This document shows positions 26,887-36,653 of a stretch of 64,000 bases of DNA, piece by piece. The DNA is from a virus: UHGV virus genome UHGV-0209617; one strand, given 5' to 3'. Under the pieces are notes generated by a model. The model made no database searches, was not told where the DNA came from, and saw only the letters and a program-made list of their open reading frames with translations. The translations under genes were made by a program, and so were the position numbers. The first letter of the stretch is position 1. Each line of letters starts with the position of its first letter.

Positions 26887-29209
26887 TTTGAGTATTGCCT
26901 ATGGGAACGGCAGGACGGCAAAATTCTGGTCGAATAAAACGATTCGATTTGATGAATTATGTGACCGCCTGCGCAGTCCTATTTATACTTCGGAAACGGC
27001 AGAGGAATATCCGAAACTGCCCAAAGGTCAGCGTGATGATATCAAGGACAAAGGCGGATTTGTTGCCGGACATTTGCGTGATAACCGCAGACAGGCAAAT
27101 AAAGTGGTGTGCCGTTCTATGTTGGTGTATGACCTTGACAGCATCGAAGCAGAGTTTTTGAAGGACATCGGCAGCAAAATTTCCAACAAGGGATGCTATT
27201 ACACTACCCACAGCCATACCCCGGAGCATCCGAGGGCGAGAATGATTATTCCGGTCAGCCGTGATATGTCTCCGGATGAGTTCAATGCGGCTGCAAGATA
27301 TTATGCCCAAGATAACGGCTTTATCAGTATGCTTGATCCGTGTTCGTTTTCTCCACATCAGCTGATGTATTGGCCGACCTGTTCGTCCAATGGAGAATAC
27401 CTCTTTGACACAATAGACGGTGGCTGGCTTGACCCAGATACGATTTTTGCGAAGCATCCTAATTGGAGAGATTGTTCGCTGCTTCCTACCACACCGAAGG
27501 AGAGTAAGGCATCCGACCATAATGTAAAACAGCAGAAAGACCCGCTTGAAAAAGAGGGGGTGGTCGGTCTGTTCAACCGTGTTTATTTCCCTATCAGCAC
27601 GGCAATTGATGAGTTCCTTCAAGGTGTATATGAGCCGACCGCAGATACCTCCGGCAGATATGATTTTATCCCCGGCGAGGGTTCTGCGGGTGTTGTAATT
27701 TATGATGATAAATTCTCCTACAGCCACCATGCAACTGACCCTGCAGGCGGTAAACTGTGCAATGCCTTTGACCTTGTCCGCCTTCATAAATTCAGTGAGG
27801 ACGATGAGAAAAAATCCTATAAGCAGATGTGCGAGTTTGCCATGACCCTTGATAAAGTCAAACTGCAGGATCTTGAGGAAAAGAAACAAAGGGCAGCAGA
27901 TGATTTTTCGGAGAATGCCAACTGGCAGACCAAACTTCGCTATATGCCAAGAAGCAAGTGCCTGGAAAACAGCGTGTGGAATCTGATGCTGATATTAAAC
28001 AATGACCCGGATTTTGCAAATATTGCCTTCAATGAACTGGTAGGCAGAGTGCAGATTACGGGTGCCATTCCGTGGACAAGACCCAGTGACAATAAGTTCT
28101 GGAGGGATGCGGATACAGCACAGCTGAAGGCACTCATTGACATTCGTTATGAAACTTTCTCAAGCAGAAACCATGATGTGGCTTTTACTAAGGTGGTTGA
28201 GGACAGACATTTCAATCCCCTTCGTGATTGGCTTGACGCATTGCCAGAATGGGATGGTGTGGTAAGGCTTGAAAATCTGTATATCGATTTTCTTGGTGCG
28301 AATAACACGGTATATGTTAAGGCTGCGACCAGAAAATCCTTTGTGGCGGCTGTAGCGAGAATTTACGAGCCGGGTACAAAGTTTGATTCGGTTGTTGTAT
28401 TGGTGGGTCCGCAGGGCTGTGGTAAGTCTACGATTTTTGCAAGGATGGGAAATGAGTATTATTCCGACAGCTTGAATCTGACGGATATGAAGGACAAGAG
28501 CGGTGCGGAGAAACTGCAGGGATACTGGATTTTGGAACTAGGCGAACTGGCAGGACTCAAAAAAGCGGATGTTGAGGTAGTGAAAGCCTTTGTCAGCCGT
28601 ACCGATGATATTTACCGCCCTTCCTATGGTAGAACGATTGAAAGCCACCCAAGGCAGTGCATTATTGTGGGGACAACAAACTCGGAGTCCGGCTTTCTGC
28701 GTGATATTACGGGAAACCGCAGATTCTGGCCTATTAAGGTCACAGGTGTCAGCAAAAGAAAATCATGGGATATGACTGATGAAGAAGTCCTGCAAATGTG
28801 GGCGGAGGCAAAGTACCTGTATGGGCAGGGCGAGCCTTTGTATCTGAATTCGCAGGAAAGCAGTGAAGCATTGAGCGAACAGATTGATGCAATGGAAAGC
28901 GATGAGCGCCAGGGCATAGTCGAGGAGTACTTAAATACACTTCTGCCGGATAACTGGAACAGCATGGATCTGTATGAGAGAAGGAATTTTCTGACAGACA
29001 GCGCTTCGGCAAAGGGTACGGTACAAAGAAAGACCGTAAGCAATGCGGAAATATGGAGCGAGTGTTTTTGCAGAAACTTGTCCGACCTCAAGCCCTCTGA
29101 CTCCTATGCGATAGCTGCCCTTATGACCAAAGTGGACGGTTGGCAGAGAACCGACAAAATCAGAAAGCTTGCCATCTATGGAAGGCAGAGGATTTACGAG
29201 AGGTTGTGA
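26879..29209 (+). CDS. VirE-family (virulence-associated protein E) phage primase/helicase-like P-loop NTPase
   Basis: VLVGPQGCGKST Walker A; 776 aa; position in the replication module. Confidence 0.8.
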   Translation: MRDLSIAYGNGRTAKFWSNKTIRFDELCDRLRSPIYTSETAEEYPKLPKGQRDDIKDKGGFVAGHLRDNRRQANKVVCRSMLVYDLDSIEAEFLKDIGSKISNKGCYYTTHSHTPEHPRARMIIPVSRDMSPDEFNAAARYYAQDNGFISMLDPCSFSPHQLMYWPTCSSNGEYLFDTIDGGWLDPDTIFAKHPNWRDCSLLPTTPKESKASDHNVKQQKDPLEKEGVVGLFNRVYFPISTAIDEFLQGVYEPTADTSGRYDFIPGEGSAGVVIYDDKFSYSHHATDPAGGKLCNAFDLVRLHKFSEDDEKKSYKQMCEFAMTLDKVKLQDLEEKKQRAADDFSENANWQTKLRYMPRSKCLENSVWNLMLILNNDPDFANIAFNELVGRVQITGAIPWTRPSDNKFWRDADTAQLKALIDIRYETFSSRNHDVAFTKVVEDRHFNPLRDWLDALPEWDGVVRLENLYIDFLGANNTVYVKAATRKSFVAAVARIYEPGTKFDSVVVLVGPQGCGKSTIFARMGNEYYSDSLNLTDMKDKSGAEKLQGYWILELGELAGLKKADVEVVKAFVSRTDDIYRPSYGRTIESHPRQCIIVGTTNSESGFLRDITGNRRFWPIKVTGVSKRKSWDMTDEEVLQMWAEAKYLYGQGEPLYLNSQESSEALSEQIDAMESDERQGIVEEYLNTLLPDNWNSMDLYERRNFLTDSASAKGTVQRKTVSNAEIWSECFCRNLSDLKPSDSYAIAALMTKVDGWQRTDKIRKLAIYGRQRIYERL

Positions 29210-29430
29210 TTCTATCCTCTTGTGTTTCCAGCAGAAGTTGTGAACCGTAAAAAAGCCATTAAAACAGGCACTTCCAAGCACCAACTGACACAAGTATCAC
29301 AAGAATTTCTATATTAAATGAAATCTATTATATAGAGAATATCGTAAGCGTGTATACGCACATACACACGTATAGGATTTTTCCGAAACTGTTGTGTCAG
29401 TTGTGTCTTGTGAATTTTAGGAGGAATGGA

Positions 29431-29715
29431 ATGCGAGAAAAAACGATTGAACAGAAACTTGTAACGGCAGTAAAAAAGCATGGCGGGATTTGTCCGAAGT
29501 TTGTATCTCCCGGCTTCGATGGAATGCCAGACCGTTTATTGCTTTTACCACATGGCAGGTTTGCCTTTGTGGAAGTCAAAGCACCGGGAGAAAAACCAAG
29601 ACCACTGCAATTGGCAAGACACCGACTCCTTCACCGTTTGGGACTTATGGTATATGTCCTGGACAGCGAAGGACAGATTGGGGGGATAATAGATGAAATT
29701 ATCAATTCAATGTGA
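29431..29715 (+). CDS. VRR-NUC domain nuclease
   Basis: GICPKFVSPGFDGMPDRLLLLPHGRFAFVEVKAPGEK has the PD...E-x-K core. Confidence 0.7.
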   Translation: MREKTIEQKLVTAVKKHGGICPKFVSPGFDGMPDRLLLLPHGRFAFVEVKAPGEKPRPLQLARHRLLHRLGLMVYVLDSEGQIGGIIDEIINSM

Positions 29716-30202
29716 TTGGTGCGGGAAAGAATTTGTAAGAGATTCTTCCAAATTGAAAGGTAAAAAGCATCACTTTTGTTGCAGACAGTGTCTTGCCGAT
29801 TTTAGCAATAAGGCAAAGAATCCTAGTGGGTATGCCTCCTTGAAGGACTTTACAAATATCAGCAAAAATATGACACAGATTAATGAGCGTATGAATCCAA
29901 GCAGGATGATGAAGAAAACGAGAAAAAAACTGAGAGAGGCTCATCTTGGAAAAGGAGAATGCACTGGGTATTCAAAAATCTACAGTAGGCTTGCACATCG
30001 TGTAATTGCAGAGAAAATGTTAGGCAGACCACTTAAACCAGAGGAAGTAGTGCATCACAGGGATGGAAACAGGTATAACAATATTCCAGAAAACTTGGTC
30101 GTGTTCCCTTCGGTTAGTGAGCATTCAAGATTTCATAACGAGTTTAGATGGTTTCTGCGAGAGTTGGAGAGATTGGAGATGGAGAATGTTGAAACGAAGT
30201 GA
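29693..30202 (+). CDS. HNH endonuclease
   Basis: CxxC pairs and VVHHRDGNRYNNIPENL. Confidence 0.75.
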   Translation: MKLSIQCDWCGKEFVRDSSKLKGKKHHFCCRQCLADFSNKAKNPSGYASLKDFTNISKNMTQINERMNPSRMMKKTRKKLREAHLGKGECTGYSKIYSRLAHRVIAEKMLGRPLKPEEVVHHRDGNRYNNIPENLVVFPSVSEHSRFHNEFRWFLRELERLEMENVETK

Positions 30203-31568
30203 CCTGCATTATTATCAATCATATTGTGTGGAATACATTAAGCAAAATCACACTGCTGCAGTTTTATTGGATTGTGGATTAGGAAAAACTTCAATAACTT
30301 TGACGGCTCTTGCCGATTTGCTGTTTGACAGCTTCGAGATTCATAAGGTTTTGGTTATCGCACCTCTTCGAGTGGCTTCTGTAACATGGAGCGCGGAGAT
30401 TGAAAAATGGGAGCATTTGAAAATTCTAAAGTATTCCGTGGCAGTGGGTACCGAAGCAGAAAGGCTGGCGGCACTGAATGCACAGGCAGATATTTATATC
30501 ATAAACCGAGAAAACGTGCAGTGGCTGATTGAGAAAAGTGGTATTCCCTTTGATTTTGATATGCTTGTTGTCGATGAACTGTCAAGTTTCAAGAACCACC
30601 AGTCCAAGCGATTCAAGGCACTGATGAAGGTAAGACCAAAAGTAAAAAGAGCCGTGGGTCTGACAGGTACTCCTTTCAGCAACGGTTTAATGGATTTATT
30701 CGCAGAATTTAAACTGCTGGATATGGGAGCAAGGCTTGGCAGATTTATCGGTCAATACCGAAATGCCTACTTCTCCCCGGATAAGCGAAACGGTCAGATT
30801 ATTTACAGTTATAAGCCACTGCCGGATGCTGAACAGCAGATTTATGAGAAAATCTCCGATATTACGATTTCCATGAAATCCACGGACCATTTGAAAATGC
30901 CGGAGCTGATCAACACGCAGTATGAAGTGGTGCTTTCCAACAAGGAGCAGGAAAAGTACGAGGAGCTTAAAAAGGATCTGGTGCTGCAGCTTCCAAACGG
31001 AGAAATCACAGCCGCCAATGCTGCAAGTCTTACCGGAAAACTGTCACAGATGGCAAATGGTGCGGTGTATGGGGATGATGAGAAAGTTCTGGAGATACAC
31101 GAAAAGAAGCTGGATGCTTTGGAGGATATCATTGAAGCCGCAAATGGGAAACCGATACTGGTGGCATATTGGTTTAAGCACGATTTGGAACGCATCTGCA
31201 GACGGCTGGAGGAACTGAAGGTGGAGTATGCCAGAATATCTTCTCCCGGCAGTATCGAAATGTGGAACAGAGGTGAGTTTGCAGTAGGTCTTATCCATCC
31301 CGCATCAGCTGGTCACGGCTTGAATTTGCAGGCTGGAGGAAGTACACTGATATGGTATGGCTTAACCTGGAGCCTTGAACTTTACCAGCAGACCAATGCG
31401 AGGCTCTATCGCCAGGGACAGAAGGATACGGTGGTCATTCAGCACATCGTGGCTGAAGGCACCATTGATGAAAGAGTCCTTGCTGCTCTTGAAGCAAAGG
31501 ATAAAACACAGTCAGCACTCATGGATGCCGTGAAAGCTGAACTTGGAGGTGATGGCTGTGTCGGATAA
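30186..31568 (+). CDS. SNF2-family helicase
   Basis: LDCGLGKTS (motif I), VVDELSSF (motif II), QTNARLYRQGQ (motif VI). Confidence 0.85.
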   Translation: MLKRSDLHYYQSYCVEYIKQNHTAAVLLDCGLGKTSITLTALADLLFDSFEIHKVLVIAPLRVASVTWSAEIEKWEHLKILKYSVAVGTEAERLAALNAQADIYIINRENVQWLIEKSGIPFDFDMLVVDELSSFKNHQSKRFKALMKVRPKVKRAVGLTGTPFSNGLMDLFAEFKLLDMGARLGRFIGQYRNAYFSPDKRNGQIIYSYKPLPDAEQQIYEKISDITISMKSTDHLKMPELINTQYEVVLSNKEQEKYEELKKDLVLQLPNGEITAANAASLTGKLSQMANGAVYGDDEKVLEIHEKKLDALEDIIEAANGKPILVAYWFKHDLERICRRLEELKVEYARISSPGSIEMWNRGEFAVGLIHPASAGHGLNLQAGGSTLIWYGLTWSLELYQQTNARLYRQGQKDTVVIQHIVAEGTIDERVLAALEAKDKTQSALMDAVKAELGGDGCVG

Positions 31569-31782
31569 AGGTATAGAAAATCTCCGTAATGCTATCATCC
31601 TTCAGGCAGTAAATGATTTGAAGAGAGCGTACAGAAACCTAAAGAGGAATCCAGACAGCGTACAGCTGAAGGCTGCTGCAGAATACGAGGAGAGGTTCTT
31701 CAGTTCCAAATGGTACAAGACCCTTACCACGATTGATGGCAGTATGGTGGTAGCCCATGTAAGAGAGGAGGCAGGCTTATGA
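31558..31782 (+). CDS. Hypothetical small phage protein (probable GTG start)
   Basis: ORF overlapping the SNF2 3' end; GGAGGTGA upstream. Confidence 0.45.
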   Translation: MSDKGIENLRNAIILQAVNDLKRAYRNLKRNPDSVQLKAAAEYEERFFSSKWYKTLTTIDGSMVVAHVREEAGL

Positions 31783-32222
31783 CAGCAAAAGAATACTTGA
31801 GTCAGGCATTCCTGCTGAACGAACAGATAAACACAAAGCTTGAGCAGGTCAGTGCCTTGAGGCATCTTGCCACAAAGACCTGCACACCTATAAACGATAT
31901 GCCGGGTTCTCCAACAAAGCGTGTTGATGGAATGGAGGAAACCATAATCAAGATGGTTACCTTAGAGAATGAAATCAATGCAGACATCGATAAGCTGGTG
32001 GATTTGAAGGTTGAAATAACACGGCTCATCAACAAGGTGAGCAAGGTTGAATGCAGACTGCTCCTGGAGAAAAGATATCTCTGCATGGAAGCATGGGAGG
32101 TTATAGCAGCGGGGCTTAATTACAACCTGAGGTATATCCACAAACTGCACAGCAAAGCATTATCTTCTTTTGATGAAGTCATGGCAGAATATAAAGTAGA
32201 CACCAAAGGGCACTATTTGTGA
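31779..32222 (+). CDS. Putative late-gene transcriptional activator (sigma-region-4-like HTH; ArpU/RinA-type position)
   Basis: Small protein just upstream of HNH, terS and terL with an HTH-like C-terminus. Confidence 0.5.
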   Translation: MTAKEYLSQAFLLNEQINTKLEQVSALRHLATKTCTPINDMPGSPTKRVDGMEETIIKMVTLENEINADIDKLVDLKVEITRLINKVSKVECRLLLEKRYLCMEAWEVIAAGLNYNLRYIHKLHSKALSSFDEVMAEYKVDTKGHYL

Positions 32223-32325
32223 CTGCCAAACTATAGTATAATGTAAACTGTGAAAAGAATATAATCATAGAGCCATTGGAGAGCAATCTTCGATGGCTTT
32301 TCTTATGCCCGAAAGAGGTGAAGCC

Positions 32326-32697
32326 ATGCCAAGGAAACCAAAGCGTCCCTGCAGATACAGCGGATGCCCGAAGCTGACAGAAGGATACTATTGCGATGAA
32401 CATCAGAAGCTAATGGACAGGCAGTACGATAAATACCGCCGCCCGGCTGAAGCCAAGAAAAGGTATGGCTATCAGTGGAGAAAGATAAGAGCTGCGGTAC
32501 TGGCAAGAGAGCCGTTCTGTCTGGAGTGCCGAAAGGCTGGAAGAATAACCAAGGCCACAGAGGTGCATCATGCTGTGCCATTAGACCACGGCGGTACCAA
32601 CGAGGATAGTAATTTGATACCGCTCTGCAAGCCGTGTCACTCCCGCATAACTGTGGAGATGGGGGATAGATGGCATAAGAAAAAGCTGCCCATATGA
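32326..32697 (+). CDS. HNH endonuclease (packaging-associated)
   Basis: CxxC...EVHHAVPLDHGG...CKPCH; AGGTGA SD. Confidence 0.8.
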   Translation: MPRKPKRPCRYSGCPKLTEGYYCDEHQKLMDRQYDKYRRPAEAKKRYGYQWRKIRAAVLAREPFCLECRKAGRITKATEVHHAVPLDHGGTNEDSNLIPLCKPCHSRITVEMGDRWHKKKLPI

Positions 32698-32778
32698 GCA
32701 GCTTAAAATAAATCGGAATGGCTTCCTGTGCGAGATAGAAAGAGCATTAAATCATTACCATCAATTCGATAGATGATA

Positions 32779-33060
32779 TTAAGCATCACCTAATACCTCG
32801 TTGCGTAATTCCTTGAATGAAGAATAACGTTTATACTTTTCCGGATTAGCTTTCATTGTATAGTATTCATTCATGGCATCGAGTGTTTCCGGATTAGGTA
32901 CTGAACGCTTGATGTCGAAGGGAATGCGCTGTTCACGAACAGCCTGCCGAAGGAATATTGTGACAGCTGTAGTCAAATCCATACCAAGGTCTGAAAAAAG
33001 ACTTTGTGCATTGAGCTTCAACTGAGGGTCTAATGCTATGTTTGTACTTACTTTAGCCAT
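32779..33060 (-). CDS. RelB/DinJ-family antitoxin-like protein with no adjacent toxin gene
   Basis: MAKVSTNIALDPQLKLNAQSLFSDLGMDLTTAVTIFLRQAVREQRIPFDI matches the RelB/DinJ fold; strong SD AGGAGGTG; opposite strand to all neighbours. Confidence 0.7.
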   Translation of the reverse strand: MAKVSTNIALDPQLKLNAQSLFSDLGMDLTTAVTIFLRQAVREQRIPFDIKRSVPNPETLDAMNEYYTMKANPEKYKRYSSFKELRNEVLGDA

Positions 33061-33119
33061 ATCTATGCACCTCCTATTAAGGTTAATTGTAGCATAATAT
33101 GTGCAAAAAGAAAGCATGA

Positions 33120-33129
33120 CATGCGCATG
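33120..33129. promoter_or_regulatory. Perfect palindrome CATGCGCATG upstream of the DinJ-like gene (operator candidate)
   Basis: Read directly, about 60 nt upstream of the minus-strand ATG. Confidence 0.35.
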
Positions 33130-33252
33130 ATAAGCATAAAAATAACGGGAGGGGGTGTCTGATTCTCTACAGATGTACAAATGTAGACCGGGGGGCTCCC
33201 TTCACGCGCAAAAAAGGCGATTTCAAAAGGGTAAAAGAAGGGAGGAGTTGGA

Positions 33253-33804
33253 TTGCCAACAAAATCCAACAACACCGGCGGCCGTGGAGGTAAAAGACTA
33301 GGTGCCGGACGCAAGAAAAAAGCACTGGCAGACAAGCTGGAAACAAATAATCCAGGTGGCCGCCCGCTGGTGGTTTTAGACATACCAGAATTTGAAGGAA
33401 TGGATATGCCACCGCCCAGGGAATTTCTATCCGCCCAGCAGCGTGATGGAAGTGACCTGCAAGCAAATGAGATATATGAGGAAACATGGGAGTGGCTGAA
33501 GAAAATCGGCATGGCAGGAAAGGTAAGCAAGCAGCTTCTTGAACGCTATGCAATGTGCGCTGCCCGCTGGGTGCAGTGCGAGGAAATGACCAGCCGAATG
33601 GGTATGCTTTCTAAGCACCCTACAACGGGAAAACCTATCCCAAGTCCATTCATAAACATCGGGATAAACTACATGAATCAGGCTAACAGGCTGTGGGGAG
33701 AAATCTTCCAGCTTGTTAAGGAGAACTGCTCGACAGGCTATGAGGGAGCCAATCCAACAGACGATGTGATGGAGCGGCTGCTCAGAGCAAGGAGCGGAAG
33801 GTAA
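33253..33804 (+). CDS. Phage terminase small subunit (P27-like), TTG start
   Basis: Basic glycine-rich N-terminus NTGGRGGKRLGAGRKKK and position before terL; GGAGGAG SD. Confidence 0.75.
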   Translation: MPTKSNNTGGRGGKRLGAGRKKKALADKLETNNPGGRPLVVLDIPEFEGMDMPPPREFLSAQQRDGSDLQANEIYEETWEWLKKIGMAGKVSKQLLERYAMCAARWVQCEEMTSRMGMLSKHPTTGKPIPSPFINIGINYMNQANRLWGEIFQLVKENCSTGYEGANPTDDVMERLLRARSGR

Positions 33805-33849
33805 TATGCTAGTGCAGAATTGTACTGGCTATTTTTTATGGAGGCAGCA

Positions 33850-35127
33850 ATGGCGAATACAGAACGATTTGAAAAAGTACATATAGACAAGCTGGTGCCC
33901 TATGCCAGAAATGCCAGGACACACAGCAAGGAGCAGGTCATGGAACTGAGAGCGTCCTTAAGGGAGTTCGGATTCGTTACTCCCGTCCTGGTAGATGAAA
34001 ACTATACAATCCTCGCGGGGCACGGACGTGTCAGGGCTGCAAAGGAAGAAGGCATTACCGAGGTGCCATGTGTATTTGCGAACCAGCTGACGGATGCACA
34101 GAAGAAAGCCTATATCCTAGCAGATAACCGTCTTGCGCTTAATGCGGGATGGGATAACGAGATGCTGGCAGTTGAACTGGCTGATCTGCAGGGCGAGGCT
34201 TTTGATATCGGCCTTTTGGGATTTGATGACAAGGAGCTGGAGAAGCTCCTTGGCAATAACGATGAGGCAGAGGATGATGATTTCGATGTTGATGCCGAAC
34301 TTCAAAAACCATGCTTCAGCCGCCCAGGAGATATCTGGAAACTCGGCAGGCACAAGGTTATCTGTGGTGACAGCACTGACCCGAATGTTTACACTTCTCT
34401 TCTTGGAGATGTGAAAGTAAACCTAGTCTGCACTGACCCGCCGTATTTTGTAGCCTTCGAGAATAAATCAGGGAAAATCCAGAATGACAATCTGGGTGAT
34501 GAGGAAGGATATAAATTCCTCAAATCCGCTATGGATAATTTCCATAATGCTATGGCAAAGGATGCCAGCATTTATGTGTTTTATGCTACATCCAAAGCCA
34601 GGGTATTCCATGATGCTTTTGAGGATGCAGGGTTTAAGGTTGGAGCAGGACTTGTCTGGAAGAAGGATCGCCTGGTGCTGACCCGCACGGATTGGAAGTA
34701 CATCCATGAGCCAATTATCTTCGGCTGGCGTAAGGACGGAAAGCATATCTGGTACGGAGATCAGAAGCAGACTACTGTATTTGAGTTTTCCCGTATCAAG
34801 GATTCTGGCAAGGATGGATACGGTCATCCTACCAGCAAGCCTGTACCTCTCATTGCTTATCTCATTAAGCAGTGCACCCAGACTAACGGTATTGTGCTGG
34901 ATGGCTTCTTGGGTTCTGCCAGCACCCTTATTGCCTGTGAGCAGCTTGAAAGAAACTGTTATGGCGTAGAGCTTGAGCCGAAGTTCGTGGATGTGGCTGT
35001 AAACAGATACATCGCAGCCCATGATGGCTCCGCCCAGGATGTTGTCCTTATCCGAGATGGAAAAGAATACAGCTACGAAGAGTCCCAAGCGATGATGGAG
35101 GATAGTGCTGAAAATGACGAACAATAA
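33850..35127 (+). CDS. ParB-like nuclease domain fused to a DNA methyltransferase (N6-adenine or N4-cytosine)
   Basis: N-terminal ParB-N pattern (VPYARNARTHSKEQV...GHGRVRAAKEEG); C-terminal LVCTDPPYF and HPTSKPVPL methyltransferase motifs. Confidence 0.85.
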   Translation: MANTERFEKVHIDKLVPYARNARTHSKEQVMELRASLREFGFVTPVLVDENYTILAGHGRVRAAKEEGITEVPCVFANQLTDAQKKAYILADNRLALNAGWDNEMLAVELADLQGEAFDIGLLGFDDKELEKLLGNNDEAEDDDFDVDAELQKPCFSRPGDIWKLGRHKVICGDSTDPNVYTSLLGDVKVNLVCTDPPYFVAFENKSGKIQNDNLGDEEGYKFLKSAMDNFHNAMAKDASIYVFYATSKARVFHDAFEDAGFKVGAGLVWKKDRLVLTRTDWKYIHEPIIFGWRKDGKHIWYGDQKQTTVFEFSRIKDSGKDGYGHPTSKPVPLIAYLIKQCTQTNGIVLDGFLGSASTLIACEQLERNCYGVELEPKFVDVAVNRYIAAHDGSAQDVVLIRDGKEYSYEESQAMMEDSAENDEQ

Positions 35128-35246
35128 CGGAGTCGATACTTTAATCGTTTAAAGTCGAGCCACTAGCTGGTGTGAAAGTCAAAGTATACAGTATCTTCTG
35201 CCCTAAGAGAGAAAAAGCCGCCCGCAGGCGGCAGGGAGAAGATGAG

Positions 35247-35420
35247 TTATTCTCCGTAGAGAATGAACTTCACATAAGCGGCACGGTCTTCCTCAATGAA
35301 GCATACCAGCTCGTAGTAGTGGCTTTCAAAGGCCAGCCGCTGTACATAATTGGTATCAAGCATATTGGTCTTGCCGGTGTCCCTGATTGCCAGAATCTGT
35401 TCCTTGATTTTCTCTGTCAT
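35247..35420 (-). CDS. DUF5049-like small protein
   Basis: MTEKIKEQILAIRDTGKTNMLDTNYVQRLAFESHYYELVCFIEEDRAAYVKFILYGE; SD AAAGGAGG on the minus strand. Confidence 0.65.
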   Translation of the reverse strand: MTEKIKEQILAIRDTGKTNMLDTNYVQRLAFESHYYELVCFIEEDRAAYVKFILYGE

Positions 35421-35596
35421 TGAAATGACCTCCTTTGTTTTTGGTATGTACATATATCACTCTAAAGAGGACAAATAGCAAGTCATTTCTTTGGAATATG
35501 TAATAAATATTTTTACAAAAAATATCTACAAAACCCTTGCTATTACTGGCGTTTAGAGTGATTAATGTAGTACCGAAATTAAAGGAGGCAAACAAA

Positions 35597-36298
35597 ATGA
35601 TTTACAAGCTGAAAATGGAAAACGGCACCCGCAAGGAGCTGGCAAAGGAAATCGGAAAGATTATCGCCCAGGAAGCAAAGTACATGGGAGTTCCAAGCTG
35701 CGGCTACAGGATCGGGGACATGGTCTTGGATAAGGATTGGAACCTTGAGGTTCCGGATGGCATGGATGCGCGGGAGCTTCTGATGGCACTAACAGACCTT
35801 GGCTTCTACGAGCCGAAGGAAGAAATACCCGCAAAGACAGAAGAAGAGCCAACACAGGCGGCCACAGCCCCTCTTACGGGTCTTGTGGTAAAGATTCCGC
35901 TGAGTGCCATGACCACGGAAGCAATCATAAACCTTACGGATTTGCTTATCGCAAAGGACAAGCTGCTCTGCCACGCATTTGGCATAGAAAGCCTTGACCT
36001 TATCCGAAACGAGGAGAACATAGAGTTCAGATGGTTTGAAGGGATGGATATCGGAGCGGAGGAAGCCAATGCTTACATGACCTTTATTTCCAAGCTCTGC
36101 GATTTGGCAAGAACCCTCAAGAGGGTAAACGGTAAGGAAAAAGAAGTGCCGAATGAGAAATACGCCTTCAGATGTTTCCTGCTGAGACTTGGCTTTGTCG
36201 GCAAGGAATACAAGGAGCAGAGAAAAATCCTTTTAAGTAAGCTCAGCGGTTCATCCGCATTCAGGGATGGGAGGAAAAAAGATGAAGTATCCGAATAA
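35597..36298 (+). CDS. Protein whose C-terminal ~100 aa are homologous to the C-terminal region of the adjacent amidoligase; lacks the amidoligase N-terminal catalytic part
   Basis: IEFRWFEGMDIGAEEANAYMTF...NEKYAFRCFLLRLGFVGKEYKEQRKILLSKLSGSSAFR versus VEFRLFNSTLHAGELKAYIQF...[38 protein letters not shown]. Confidence 0.7.
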   Translation: MIYKLKMENGTRKELAKEIGKIIAQEAKYMGVPSCGYRIGDMVLDKDWNLEVPDGMDARELLMALTDLGFYEPKEEIPAKTEEEPTQAATAPLTGLVVKIPLSAMTTEAIINLTDLLIAKDKLLCHAFGIESLDLIRNEENIEFRWFEGMDIGAEEANAYMTFISKLCDLARTLKRVNGKEKEVPNEKYAFRCFLLRLGFVGKEYKEQRKILLSKLSGSSAFRDGRKKDEVSE

Positions 36299-36500
36299 GG
36301 AATTGCTGGAAAGTCTCAGAAAGGAATACCCAAATGGGTGCAGGGTGGAGCTGGTGCAGATGGATGATGCACAGGCACCGCCGCCCGGCACGAAGGGAAC
36401 GGTAAAGCACGTGGATGATATCGGCACCATCCATATCAGCTGGGATACCGGCTCAGGACTTGGGGCGGTTTACGGTGAAGATATCATCAGAAAGGTCTAA
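36282..36500 (+). CDS. DUF4314-like small phage protein
   Basis: MKYPNKELLESLRKEYPNGCRVELVQMDD...GTKGTVKHVDDIGTIHISWDTGSGLGAVYGEDIIRKV. Confidence 0.6.
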   Translation: MKYPNKELLESLRKEYPNGCRVELVQMDDAQAPPPGTKGTVKHVDDIGTIHISWDTGSGLGAVYGEDIIRKV

Positions 36501-36575
36501 TGGAAAGGCGGGGATAAAACCCCGCCAGCCCAGTAAAATAGTGTAAAAATAATCCATAAATCTCGCATAAATGAC

Positions 36576-36604
36576 TTGATAATAATACAGATGTACGGTA
36601 ATAT
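36576..36604 (+). promoter_or_regulatory. Near-consensus sigma-A promoter (TTGATA, 17 bp, TAATAT) upstream of the amidoligase gene
   Basis: Hexamers and spacing read directly; the same architecture and flanking sequence recur at 38144-38172. Confidence 0.6.
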
Positions 36605-36653
36605 ACACACAACAAAAGGGAACACCCCACCAAGAGAAAGCGAGGAAAACAAA

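Noticed and set aside
26957-27889. 310-aa minus-strand ORF
   Set aside because: Fully antisense to the VirE-family primase gene with its Walker A motif; no SD; interpreted as a shadow ORF
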